Shown here: positions 50,198-63,059 of the stretch, one piece after another
Layout: the number at the start of each line of letters is the position of its first letter
Position numbering within the stretch: position 1 is the first letter of the stretch
Source of the DNA: Octopus sinensis
Taxonomy: Eukaryota
Length of the DNA stretch: 64,000 nucleotides
NCBI RefSeq assembly: GCF_006345805.1
Contig: NC_043002.1
Coordinates: forward strand, 78,120,001-78,184,000
Direction of reading: 5' to 3'
Notes under the pieces: model-generated
Told to the model about the DNA's origin: nothing
The model's database searches: none
The model's input: only the letters and a program-made list of their open reading frames with translations
Program-made: the position numbers and the translations under genes

Positions 50198-50228
<31 letters not shown>

Positions 50229-50375
50229 TAGTTATCATCTTCCAAATTCACTCATAAGGCATTGGTCAGCCCAGGGCTATAGTAGAAAATACTTGGCCAA
50301 GGTGCTGCACAGTGGGACTGAACTTAAAACCACATGGTTGCAGAGTAAGCTTCTTAGCCACAAAGCTGTGCCTCC
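49816..50375 (-). mobile_element. Family A SINE interrupted by a fragment of the RTE-tailed family (~50020-50170)
   Basis: Both halves align to the reverse complement of the 8001 copy. The middle carries CCTTCCTAATGCCAACCAC. Confidence 0.7.
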
Positions 50376-51054
50376 GTGTATGATAATTATTTCTTTTTAC
50401 TGTAGTATTTAGTTTTAAATATACTGGATATAATGCCCCTCTGTTTTATCTCTGTAGCAAAGTCAGAATATAGACAAGTATACAACACTGAGGAATTTAA
50501 TCTCAGCTAGTTAAGTTTAGATCTGTTTTATTATTATTATTATTTATTATTTTTACTGTTATTTTATCTTATTTTGTGGTACAGTTCTTTTTTTCTTTTC
50601 ACTTTTCTTTTTTAAATAATGCATATCTCTTTCTCATTGGATGATATTCTTAGAAGGAAACACTATCTGCACATCATTTCAGCCATTAAAGGGTGTAGAT
50701 TATTGATTTCAATGTGGTTTCCTGATAGCAAGCTGAACATAATATATACTGTGTCTGCAAAGGAGTTAATGTTTGGTCTTGTAGTAATTTATCTTAACTT
50801 AATAATTTTATAACCAAGCAATAAATCCTTATGTAATCCCCCCACCCCCGGTGCACTCCACTCCAGCATCAGATCATCATGAATTAATATCAACTATACA
50901 TCACTGTGCCACTGATAGAAAGCTTTGTATGCAGTTCTCTTCATTGTTTTTTTTTTTTTTTTTAAATCTTGGGGAGACTTTTCAATTGCATGCAGCCTAA
51001 TTGCCTTACCAATGTTAGCTTGACTTTGTTCTGTTGCATTGACCTCTTTGGTAG

Positions 51055-51255
51055 ATGGTCTTCCTCCTCCTCCTCCTATGTCTTCTACTACTGCTGCAGC
51101 TGGTGGAGGTGGTAGTGGGGTCCCCACAATTGGCAGCATTGGGCGACCTGGTAAGATCAGTGACTACGACCCCTACCAAGAGAATTCATCATTCAGCTCC
51201 CCATACTCTGCTAAGTCCCAGGCCACTACCATTTATGATTCTAGAATTGGACAAG
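51055..51255 (+). CDS. Lasp: Lasp linker exon, 201 nt, phase 1-1 (DGLPPPPPMSSTTAAAGGGGSGVPTIGSIGRPGKISDYDPYQENSSFSSPYSAKSQATTIYDSRIGQ)
   Basis: ctctttggtAG acceptor, AAG|GTGAGT donor, frame continuous with the 45455 exon. GKISDYDP resembles the G(K/S)IADYDP linker motif recalled from invertebrate Lasp. GC-rich island within ORF 51039..51287. Confidence 0.88.
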
Positions 51256-53369
51256 GTGAGTCTGGAAACCAAACATTTATCAGTTAAATATTTTAATAAA
51301 TCTCAATGTTGGTTGTCAGTAAGTTTATTTTGAATTCTGTTATAGAATATTGTCAACAATATTCTATTTGTATGATACACATATTCACACACAACAGCAA
51401 ATTATAAACTCCTCTGTAAACTTTATTGTTCTGAATATAACAACACAGAATTCATTGACAATACACTGTATATAAAAAGCAAGATTTTCTGGAAAAAAAG
51501 GAAAAAAACTTTTATCTTTCCATAAATATATAAAACAGTTTCTATTCTAAGTCAAATGTGTAGAAGAATAAGCTAATATATAAAATTAGTTTTAGAGTGG
51601 CTAACTAAGAATGAAGTCAAAATGTTGCCATTAAAATATATATTTTTTCTTTTTTTTCTTTTCTTCAAGTCAACAGAAATCCATTTATCTGGCATTTTCT
51701 ATTTTTTATCACTGAAATGTTTTAAGGCTGCTTTTGTCTAGATTTAGTGTCAAAGAAACGTAGACGAAGAATATGCTGAACTTGAAGCAGTTCTTAAGAA
51801 TGTTAAATCTCAGTGAGACAATGATGATAATTTGTTGCATTTGTGGGATTTATTCCAAGATGTATTGTAAAATGATTGCCTTAACCCCATTCACCTTCTC
51901 TGGATTTTTACTCAAGGCAGCTGAGAAAGTGTAGTGAGCTGAATATGGTGCATTGCAATGCCTGGTTTCTCTCTATCCTCCATAACAGTCCTGCCATAAT
52001 CAATTTTGTCAATCTCACCAGGGTTGATATCACAGGCATTAAGCAAACTGAAGTCATGTTGACTCACCCCTTCCTCTCATATAAATCAATTGACTATATC
52101 TATAAACATTTTGGTAGCCTTTTATGTGTTACAAATAATGGAGCTGCTGCCATTTTGTTAATGATAAATGGGGTAAGATGAGAAAAGGGCATTTCCATGC
52201 TTTTAGTAAACATTGTCCGCTCAAAGAGTGTCTCTTTTGTACCAGTGTTGTGTTCCTTTACTGCACTGACAGAACCTTGCCTATCACTTAGCACTACCTT
52301 TCTATGCATTTCTTCTGCAATATGCACTTGGTGGTATTTGGGGTCATTGTATTTTCACATTTTCTTCCGAATTACTTTTCATTGGTGAAAATCTTCATTT
52401 CACTGTACTTAAAATTTTCTAATTATTATTAATATGTAACACTATATGTTAGAAATAACTTTTAAAATTTACTGCTCTGTATCTTATAAATCTATTTATA
52501 ATTGGCAAAAAAAAAATTGTGGAGATTTTATAATTCAAATTGCTATAAAAACATGCTATTAAATACTACCCTAGAGTTCTGTAATATAGAATATATGTAC
52601 ATATTAACTGAAAGCCTTTAAGCAGTTGCTTGACTTGCAAGAAATAACAACTAAACATCCCTAAAGCTACAAACCCTGCTGTCTTATGTGGTCCTAAATG
52701 CATTGTCTCTGAAAAAACTCTGAGATGGTCATGGCTGGATTGCCTTTTATCATAATTCTATCTGATCAGGACCAAGCTGGAAGTAAACAGCAACATGTAT
52801 TTCAGAGTTATTTCATTGTTGCATTCTTAATTCACTTCACTTCACTTTATTTTATTTTTTTTATTTATTTGATAACCCAAATTAATAAGTTAAATTAATT
52901 TAGCATATACTAAATTAACCATTTTTGGATTATGAGGAAATATCTAAAAAATGTATTCATTCTACACTAAAATATCTACTCCAGCACTAATGAATTAAAC
53001 TTTATTATATTTACAAATGGAATATTACTTAAAAGATCTTCTATTACAACTATAATGTGTATCATACAATGTTTATATAAATATGTAGCATTTTATGTCT
53101 AATGATTGTGGTTTGAGACAAAAAGCTGTATCTTTGATAAGTTTTTTTTATAGTTTTTATTTAGAAAATATACACTATGTCTGATAAAAATGTATACACA
53201 CTTCTCTCATTTGTTAATTGTTAGATCCTTGGTAGGCTCTTATTTATAAGTTGATTTTGAATCCTTTGTGATTATCATATATAAAGAATATGAAAGAACC
53301 CATCAATCCCTCTGGCCATTATTGGATAGCCCTGGTCAGCTCTAACTGAGCAGTTCATTGACACAGATA

Positions 53370-53640
53370 TTTTATTGGATGCTGAAGGCCAGCCTATAGG
53401 CCTTGTACACTAAGTATTTTGAGCTTCTGTCTATATATTGCCATAAAGAATTGCTTATATTCTGTTTACCTAGCTCAGGTGCAGATTGGCAGTCAGGACA
53501 CTTGCATCTACTCTGTCTGCTTTTGACATGATTGAAGACTCTGTTGACTTCTGAAACAGAGATGGGCAAGGGATGGTCAGACTCAGTACACAAGTTTTTA
53601 ATAATTTTTAATGCAATTAGCTGTCTAACACTCAACTTAA
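53370..53640 (-). mobile_element. Possible Rex1/L2-type LINE RT N-terminal remnant
   Basis: PLPISVSEVNRVFNHVKSRQSRCKCPD loosely resembles (I/V)xxxDVxRxFxxxNxxKAxGPD. Confidence 0.35.
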
Positions 53641-54045
53641 AACTAGTTTAGTATTGTTGCTCAGTTCTTGGATTTTGAAATAGCTCTGTTGGAGTTTTAT
53701 CTATGTAAAGCTGTCGCATAATTTATTCATGATAGATATTCAAAAAATTTTAATAAACTTTCAGTTGTATACATCCTAAAGTTTATCTTTCAACCAAGTG
53801 TGTATACATGTTTATAGACTTTATAGTATTAGAAAGCTTAAATTTCTTGACTTATCTCTGATGCCTGTCTAAATTGCATTATATATTCTTTTGATATGGT
53901 GATGTTTTGTTTGATTCCTAACATAACAAACAATTGTTTCTTTGATTTGATTTTTTTTTGACTTTTAAATTTTCTATTCTGTAAGTAAATCAACTTTTGA
54001 TTAAACATAAATTGTTTATATGTATTGTTCTAAATGTTTTTTAAG

Positions 54046-54054
54046 AGAAGCTGG
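54046..54054 (+). CDS. Lasp: Candidate 9-nt microexon, phase 1-1 (EKL)
   Basis: tgttttttaAG|AGAAGCTGG|GTAAGT: T-rich tract, perfect donor, frame-preserving. Confidence 0.45.
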
Positions 54055-54168
54055 GTAAGTAATAATTTTTTTCCCCTTCCAAACTTTCATTGTTGGATAT
54101 CATAATAGATTTCATCTGTCTTAAAATATCAGCTCATGTTTAATTATTTAGCTTTTTGATTTTTTTAG

Positions 54169-54204
54169 TGGACAAATCCAAAAATACTTCAGCAGCTAAG
54201 ACAG
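54169..54204 (+). CDS. Lasp: Candidate 36-nt small exon, phase 1-1 (VDKSKNTSAAKT)
   Basis: ctttttgatttttttAG acceptor, CAG|GTTGGT donor, open in frame. Donor flank resembles that of the 55797 exon. Confidence 0.6.
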
Positions 54205-55266
54205 GTTGGTTTTAGCACATGCAGTCTGCCCCCTGGCTTCTTTTTTCTCTCCCCACAAATGCTTAGCTAGCTCTTCAAATTGACTTTTGTAATAATGATT
54301 CACTGCATTTAGCAAATTTAATATTATATGTGATTAATTTCACTTGTTCAAGCTGTCACTTTGACAAGAAGTTTTTAATGTTTAGGTGTAATAGTTTGAA
54401 GTACTTGATAAATTTAATCTAGTTCAAACTTCATTTTCACTTAGCACTGAATTTTAAAATTATATAGATTGAAAAAAATGTCTGTTAGGTTCCTAAATAT
54501 GTTAGATTGCTTTCCTTCCTTTGTCATGATTATGTTTAAAATTATCATTAAAGCAAATATTTTTTCCTTGCAATCTGCTGTTTTCACTAGTTGAGTAGTA
54601 ATATTCCATGTATGTTTTCTGTTTATGATTATTGCCCCCACCAAATTAATACTGACACTGAAAAACAAAAAAAAAACTACTAAAGGAAATTCAACAATGA
54701 GGGACAGATATTACTTAGCATAGAACTTTGCACATCCTATTCATTTCTGCTTTGTGATAATGCTGTGAGACATCTTTTGACAAACTATTATAATAATACT
54801 TCATGTAGATATATAATATCTGAATCACTGATAAGGAAAACAAAAGCAAATATTTGTGCAAGTGGCCTTCTTGGCACCTTAAGTAGCCAACAACATCAAA
54901 GAGTTGAGAAATATTTTTGCTGAGAGAATGTTTGCATATGAAAGGTTTGATCCTATCTAAGTACTCGTGTGGTCGATATCTGGCAAATTAATCATAGTTA
55001 TTTCATAATCTGTTGAGAGAACATTACTTTATGGTTTAACATTAGTAACAATCTAAATAAATTGGTTCACCAATGACTTTTTGTGCCAGAAAGTAAACAA
55101 CTTTTTGAAGGAGAGATATTCTAATATTCTAATCTTCGTAGTATAAATAATTTGAATTGAATTTCAAACTAGTTTGGCCATGTCTGAAATTAGAATTATT
55201 TTATTTTTGTCATTCAAATGGCAGAAATGATAACCAGTGCTGGAATGAATTCCTTTTAGTTTTTAA

Positions 55267-55479
55267 CCCTTTAGCATTTAGATTTTATTGTCAAATGTAA
55301 TGCATATTTATTCACATGGTTTTAATTTATCGTGCATTATCTCATAGCTTCAAAATTTCAATGATGTGATCGTTTATTTTTAGAATGGCATTGTAAGGTA
55401 GGTATGAGGCTGGATCTAGCCAGTTTGAACATTAAACAGAATGTCCGGACCTCATATGGCCAGTTTAAATGCTAATGGG
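55267..55479. mobile_element. piggyBac-like MITE (family 1) with intact TTAA target-site duplication
   Basis: TTAA|CCCTTTAGCATT ... AATGCTAATGGG|TTAA, 213 bp. Confidence 0.8.
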
Positions 55480-55796
55480 TTAATGTTTTCTATGTTCAAT
55501 GTTAAAATCTTGCCACACACATTCAGGGTTGTAAATATGTTCAGTTATGTATTGGAATCAATTCAACTGATGATGGACTACACAAATTTATGGCATGGTC
55601 CAATAATAGAAATCAATAATGTTTGAAACCAATAATTAGTAATTAAAATCATAGACCTTAAGCATATGGGTAAATTAGTTAGAATTTTTTTTTTTTTGTT
55701 TTGTTTTTTGTTTTTTTACATTGTAATCATATATAAAATATGGGATCCATGGGATCTTGCTGATTTCATCCTTATTTTGATTTGAACTGTTTCTAG

Positions 55797-55844
55797 TTGA
55801 AAAAGTAGCCAAAGGCAAAGAAAGTTCTAAGTCATCTAAGAAAG
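55797..55844 (+). CDS. Lasp: Candidate 48-nt small exon, phase 1-1 (VEKVAKGKESSKSSKK)
   Basis: About 110 nt AG-free zone upstream, tgtttctAG acceptor, AAG|GTTGGT donor, open and Lys/Ser-rich. Confidence 0.6.
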
Positions 55845-56503
55845 GTTGGTTAGCACTTGCACACTGCTGGGAAAACTGTGTTGTCTTGATTGTTGCTTCA
55901 TGGCATTTTTCTGCTTCTGTTTAGACTTCCCGAACATCTCTCCCAGTAGCATAAAAGGAAACAAACAAACAAAAAAAATTGTATTGAATTAGTTGGTGTG
56001 TTAATATTTCACTAGTGGTATGCCCAATAGACTTTTCTGTAATAAACATGGACACATGTATACATACATACATACATACATTCATTCATTCATACATATA
56101 TATTATTCTGTATGTAAAAAACCTTAGTTGACTCAAGTATCTGCCCCCTCTCCACAACATTTGTTGCTGCTGTTGCTATTGTTCATTCAACTGCTTTCGA
56201 GTGAAATAGAAATAGAGATGTTAGATAATTAGAGAAATTAAATAACCCATTAGTTCTATAGATTTCCCTCCATTCGTTAGCTGTTGTTGCCCTCTAATGT
56301 TTCTGATGTTTGGTAGCAGTTCAAATAATCATGTTTGTTTTTAGCTCTTAATGAATTTCCTTTAATTTTCAGAATGTGCGTGTGTGTATGTGTTTGTGTG
56401 CAATGTATACACACATAATAAATATATATATATTTGATTTTGAATGCTTTTGATTTTTACCATTTACTATGTTTTTTTCATTTTTTTTTCTTGTGCTACC
56501 CAG

Positions 56504-56515
56504 TTCGATCTACAG
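56504..56515 (+). CDS. Lasp: Candidate 12-nt microexon, phase 1-1 (VRST)
   Basis: About 130 nt AG-free zone, very strong polypyrimidine tract with UGC near the acceptor, cccAG|TTCGATCTACAG|GTTCGT. Confidence 0.55.
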
Positions 56516-59500
56516 GTTCGTGACTGTTCTTCCCTATGTATCATTTTTATTTTACTTCTCTTTTATATGAAATCTAATATTAAGTTCATATTACTAGGAA
56601 AAAAAAAAGTAAAATTTTTTTTCTTTTTAGAGAAATACAATAGATTGCTCTCATACACACACACACATACATGCACAAATTGTAGATGTTGATTAAAGAT
56701 TGGTTTCTTTTGATTATTCTTAATTAATGTGATTATCATCTCAATTTCTTCTAATTATACTAACAGTTCATTCTCTATAACAAAATTTACTTCTATTTTT
56801 CATTGTTTTCAATATTGATTATTTTGAAATGTTTTTTTTTTTTATTCTTTCAAATATTGTTTTTACATGTGCAACAGTTTTAATATTATTTATATTAATA
56901 TATTTAATGAGTTCAAGATGTTAACTCTGATATTTCTCCTAGTGTCATTTGAAGGATACTGTTTGACAGTAATATAACAGCCATATTGTTATTTTGTTGA
57001 AGCTGTTTATTAATGAGCGTTATTAAAATGTTATCAATTATATATGCATAGAAATAAAATGCCGAATGCACAGAGTGGGCTGTCATATAGACATAAACTA
57101 GTTCGAAAACTGGTTTTGTTATCCAAATATATTAATGATAAAATATATTGATGATAGTAGTTCTCTCTCTTCCTTTCTCTTTCTGTTTACACACACACAC
57201 ACACACACACAAACAAACACACACACTATTTGTAAAGCTGAACTTGAGTTGTTTCTTTTTAAATTTTATAATGTGTTGTCTTGTATGTGTTCGCATGTTT
57301 GTTTTGTCATAATTTTTCTTTAAGCCTAATTATGAATATTTTTTGTTCACTGAAACCTTTTATAATTACAAGCAGAATCTGCTAATTGGAGAATAACAGT
57401 TTTGATAAATTTTTGTACAAACTAATCCAAATAAATTAACTATTAATCTGCTGTTTGTAAAATATATATTTTGTTTTAGTTGTTGTCATACAAAATTTCT
57501 ATAAAAGTAGTTGTTCATAAGGACACTCTTGAGCCTTTTATTAGTTATTCATTGATCAGTTATTGTAAATGTTATTATCAATAGCATACTTCACAGTAAG
57601 TCTATTTTTATTGTTGTCTATTCAGTATATATATATACGAAATATATATTTATATATGTCCATATACGTGTGTTGTCTATGTTTATGTTGTTTCATTGTG
57701 TCCCTTACTCTGTACTCTCTTGCAAGTGAAGTCAAACCTGAACTGTAGCTATCATTATAGCATATTCTAATTCAATGAAAGATTGAATACCTCTTTTATT
57801 TCTAATCTCTTCAATGTTTTATTGAATATTCTGGTTCAGTTTAGTTGTTATCATTGAGCAGGCTGTTTTCCAGTTTGTTATTGTGCAATTCAGGTGTGCT
57901 GTTCAATATTGTAAGCTAATTTTAGCCTAACCAGACCCCTGTATAGAAATGTTGTATGGCCTGGCTTTATATATTTTATTTTACCATGGCTTAGTATAAT
58001 TTCAGTGAAGTTATTTGATGCTAGCTTCTTGCTAGACATGGCATGAGCAGTTTGTGTTGTGGCCAATTTTTGTTTGTATATTTATATGATGGTGTTTTTT
58101 TCTTTGTCTATTCAATAAGTTTCTTAAACTAGACTTCCAGATCTGTCCACTATCTGGAAGTAGTGGAATAGTCTGCCAATCTTTCTGTTCATTGTTTGTT
58201 ATTCATCAAGATTTTAAGTGAACTATATTTTGTGACATTTTGAAGGAATTGCTTAATTAATTCGCCTTTAAAATGGATAGTATTGAGCTGTTGAATATTG
58301 CTGTGAAGATATTTGACTGTAGTCAGGCCAAAATCATGTCAAGCCAAATTTCAAGATTTTTTTGTTTTTTGCATAAGATGAACATTTAATCAATGTTGAG
58401 CACTTGGTAGTAATTGTTAGTTTTACCCTAAAAGTTGTCCACTGGTAGTTATAGTGTAGTAACCCTATTAAAAATAATTGTCCTGTGAGCATTCTAATAT
58501 TTGACACTCAAACCTCATGTAATTACTGATACAGCACACCAAATGTTTGTTTCTCATTAAATTAGCCCTTGTAAATCACCAATTGCTGTACTTCACTCTT
58601 TTATATTTAGGAAGAATTTGTAGATTGTATTAGAATTTCTGTTTCTTTGCCTTCAAGATTCAGCATAATCAACTGAATTATGTACTTCACTGCTTCACAA
58701 AGCAAATATGATGTTTCAGTTATGTCACTGTTGATTGGTTGTGTTAATTTACTCCTGTTGTTTAATTTCAATTTAAAATAGATTTACGCTAAACGACGAC
58801 GATGATGTTGTTGTATCTATGAAAAATAAAATTTTTGTCAACTTGTATGTCAGAAACACGTTAAAAAAACATTTTAGATTCTGTGCTCCCCCTTAAAGTT
58901 TTGTATAGTGTTGTGTGTGTGTGTGTGTGCGCGCGCGTATGTATGTATGTATGTATGTATGTATATATATATATAATATCTATCTTAATTTAAACATAAC
59001 AGAAATATTTTCTGTATATATTTCTACTTCTTTTAAAAAACTTTAATTATCTGACAGACAAAAGGAACTTTCATTTCTTTCATAACCTAACTAATTAATC
59101 AGTCAGCCTATTTTAGCTTGTTTTGCTTTTCCTCATTCTATTAACAATACCAGTGTGTTTTATTAAATCGTTAACATTTTTTATCAGTTCTCTGATAGCA
59201 AGAAATAAATATCTTTGTTATAACCATCTTATTAAAAAAGGATATTAGAATTGGCAAGATGTATGAACTGGTCTAATTCTTGTTGTCTGTCTGTACAGCT
59301 TTACTATCAAAATGGTATTGCACTATCTCTTGTTCCAATGAATGCATCTTTATCAATTTTATTAAAAAAAGATTCATTTGGAACCAACAGAATGTGTCAA
59401 TTTGAGAAGTTCCGTGAACAGATTTACTTTGAAAACTTAAACTGATGACTAATTTGTTAGATTATTTTATGCAGTTATGTGTACATTTGTTAAATTAGAT

Positions 59501-60233
59501 ATTTTTTGCTGCTTATAATCAGAAACGGAACCACATCATAAGTTTTCTATGTGTATACATCATCTTTCATCAGGGATATGAAATTGGAGTGCAGTTATAA
59601 ACCATAATCTTTGTCGGCAGATTTGGCTAATGTTAAGCCTCAAAGAAAATAATTTGTGCAATAACTGTTAAAATCCACTTAATCAGTTTAATTCATTAAT
59701 AATGGCCTTAGCCTTCTGCACACACCTTTTTAATTCTTTTTGTTTTAACTTGCTTGTTTGAGCGATAATCTGAAAGTGATAGGAAGACTGTTCTCCCTAC
59801 ATGCATTTCTCTTTCATTCTCTCTCTCTCTCTCTCATATACACATATACACTAATATGTACCCACTCTCTCACATACTATATTTTTAGAGATTATCTGCT
59901 GTTAATAAATTTGATGCTGAATGATTTAGTCAATATAGTTGACACTTGCTACATTATTAAAAGCTCAGTGTAGTCTGAGGGAGAGACAATCTCTAATGAA
60001 AATCAACGAGTTATTCGTTACTCACTTTGTAAACAATATTGTAAAAAACAAGCGAACATTGAAAGTAAAAGCTATATTAATATTAATTAACTAGATTTAC
60101 TACATTAAGGTCTTACCATATTACTGTATTAATTTTACATTCCTAGTACTATGCTACATAAAACTATTGTGTGTATGTATGTGTGTGTGTACTTGTGAGT
60201 GTGTGAATAAATGTCAATATTCTATGATTTCTA

Positions 60234-60400
60234 GGTGGCAAACTGGCAGTCACATTAGTACACTGGGCTAAATGCTTAGCAGTATTTTATCTGTCTTTTC
60301 CTTCTTATTTCAAATTCTGCCATGATAAAATAAGTCCCAATAGCACACTGGGGTTCATGTAATTGACTTCTCGCCTCCCTTGAAATTGATATTCTATGAC
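60234..60400 (+). mobile_element. Internally deleted family B SINE
   Basis: GGTGGCAAACTGGCAG...ATTCAAATTCTGCC...GATAAAATAAGT. Confidence 0.6.
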
Positions 60401-60834
60401 TTTGATTGTCACTACCTGAGTAAAACAGTGCTATGATGTTTGTATTGTTTGCTGGCATTATGATCTGATTCTGTGTGTTCAAAAAAAAAAAAAAAAAACC
60501 TTGTGAAATCCTTACTTGAGAAACAGATGAGTTGGCAACCAGAGGAGCATCTGACTGTAAAATGCTATCAATTTTAAATATAAATTACAAGTAGTGTCTT
60601 TATATTTAATTTTGCTAATCCAGCTTATGACACTAAAACCATTGTAACTCATAAATTCCCTAGCAATTTAATCATGCTTGGGATCTGTTGGATTAGTAAT
60701 TTAGAGTCAGGAATGTTTATCAATAAAATAAGTTTGCTGGCATTTTATCCACACAACAATTATAAAGTTTCTAGAAAGTAGGATTAAAAAAAAATTATTT
60801 GTGTTTTTTGACAGATACACAAACTATAGAAGAA

Positions 60835-61608
60835 GAAGAGAGCTCAGTTGAATATTTAACTAATCTAGACTTTGCTGATGATCTTGCCTTGATATCCCAT
60901 TGTATTAAAGATGCAGAATCTTTGTTACAAGCACTGGAGAAAGCAACAAACCAGGTTAGCCATTACTGCAATGAGAGTAAGATAGAGTTTATCATGATCT
61001 CCTCCAAGTTAACTGAATTTAAATTGCTCAGTAATATATCAATCAAAAACGTTGATGACTTCAAATGTCTTGGATCACACATAGTAGACTACCAAAAGGA
61101 CTTTTGCACCTGCAAAGCTCTTGCTTGGGATGCATGTAACAGACTTGATCAGATCTGGTACTCAAATCTTTCATCCATGTTAAAAGTTTAAATATTTAGA
61201 ACACTGACTGAGCTGGTCCTTCTTTATGGATCAAAGACCTGGACCTTATTGGCTCATTAGGAAATCAACTAGATGGAACATATACCAACCTGCTCAGAAA
61301 GATACTGAATATCAGTTGGAGATCACACTCAACACTTAGTAACACCTATGGAAATCTGATACCAATATCCCTCAAGCTAAAGCAGAAGTGGCTACAATTT
61401 GCTGGCCACTGTCATCGAGCAGAGAAAGAGGTTATCTCATCCCTGCTCCTATGGCATCCCTCTGGAAGTGTTTTCTCTAGGAAACTGACATTTCCAGATG
61501 CTATATCTCTGGACTTAGGGCTAGATGTTAGAGATCTGAACACAGCAATGCAGGACCATGTAGTGTGGTAAGGGATTGTCAATGGAGTTCCGAAGGATGA
61601 TGATGAGA
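60835..61608 (+). mobile_element. RTE-like LINE 3' RT fragment, decayed
   Basis: LDFADDLALIS (YADD box), FKCLGSHI, IFRTLTELVLLYGSKTWTL and a GATGATGATGA tail. Contains ORF 60799..61191. Confidence 0.88.
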
Positions 61609-63047
61609 GGAAAGCTATTAAATATTACTGTTTGCTAGATGTTCAGAGCCATTGTGGCTATCACAGATTGAAAAATGTGAACATGCCTGAACACATATCT
61701 TTTTCTGACATAGAAAGTAAAACTGTTTTTCTTTTTGTTGTCTGTTCTAGTCTTTCTTCTTTGCACAAACTACATCTTATTTATGTAGATAACTGATCTA
61801 CAATTGGGTAGATGATGGATTTAATGTAGATAACTACAGAACTTCTGTAGCTTACATAACAGTTAGCTAATCTATTAAGCTCTGGTTGTTCTTTGAAACA
61901 TCTGTTTTTGGCAAGTTAGCTTCAGCATAGTTACTACTACCTTTTAGAAGGAGTATCACCCATTAAAAAACCTAAATGATATTAGGACAACACAGCCATG
62001 ATAATGACAAGGCAACTTTGATTTGACCTTTAATTTAACTAATAGTAAAACTGTTTGTTTAATGTTAACACATTTAATGTTGGAAACATTAAAAAGCTAG
62101 CTAGAAATAATTATGTATAGAATAAACAACAATTATGTATAGAATAAACAACAATTTTAGTCAATGGCTCATATTTTAATTTTGGCAAGTATGAGAAGTA
62201 ACTCCATACATGTTTCAGTTTTATAATCTCATCGGTGACAGATTTTAACTATATATGTTAAAGAATCACTAAGTAAACATACAAGATTGTCCACTGGTTA
62301 GTGTGGAAAAATGGAATTGTTTAGAGAATATACATAGATGATTAAAGAGAAGCTGATAACATTACTTAGTAATAATTTCACAATTGCTAATAATAGATAA
62401 ACCAAACAATTTAATTATGGCTTTTATTGTTGTATTACATAAAACAGTATGTGTAATAGAAAATTATGAAAGAGTTAAGAAATTTTAAAATTATAGGGTT
62501 TTGTTCTTACTAATTGTGAGAATATGGTGTTTATCTCTTTCAAACAATATAACTGATTATGAAATTCTCACTATTAAGACAGGAACATAATATAAAACCT
62601 GATTTGAACAAAAGAAATCTTTAGCTTTATTACAGGTGAGGAAGAAAAGGTATATTATGAAAGGCAATTTCCTTAAATTGTAGTGTGTGTGTGTATGCAC
62701 ACACACACACAACTGCTCCATACAGCCTTGCATTCATACATTTATTATGCATGAGATAAATGGGGTTTAGTCCTAAACCACAGTTTTACTCAGTCAGCGT
62801 CTGGTTAACTGTACATGTTAGTGTATTGAAAGAAATGACCAAAGGACTGATTGAATGAAATTATAGACTGGGAATGTAATTTCTGTTTGCTTCCCATATA
62901 AATAAACGTGTGTGAGTGTGTGTATATAAACTAGCAATTGCACAAGCTACACAATAATGTCAGAATGATGTTGTTTCATCACCTAGAAACTAACAAACTA
63001 TTTTATTAATATTTTAGTCCAGTTATACTTGTATTTATTTTGCGTAG

Positions 63048-63059
63048 ACATCCATCAAA
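63048..63059 (+). CDS. Weak candidate 12-nt microexon, phase 1-1 (DIHQ)
   Basis: tattttgcgtAG|ACATCCATCAAA|GTAACT: frame-preserving with UGC upstream, but weak exonic donor context. Confidence 0.25.

Noticed and set aside
50458-50510. Acceptor followed by AKSEYRQVYNTEEFNLS-stop
   Set aside because: No frame-compatible donor.
51870-52330. Possible L1/Tx1 3' remnant or overlapping ORFs
   Set aside because: No diagnostic motif is recoverable.
62623-62636. TTACAG|GTGAGGAAGAAAAG|GTATAT, a possible 14-nt exon or ratchet point
   Set aside because: Not frame-preserving and no partner exon established. Cannot be distinguished from chance.
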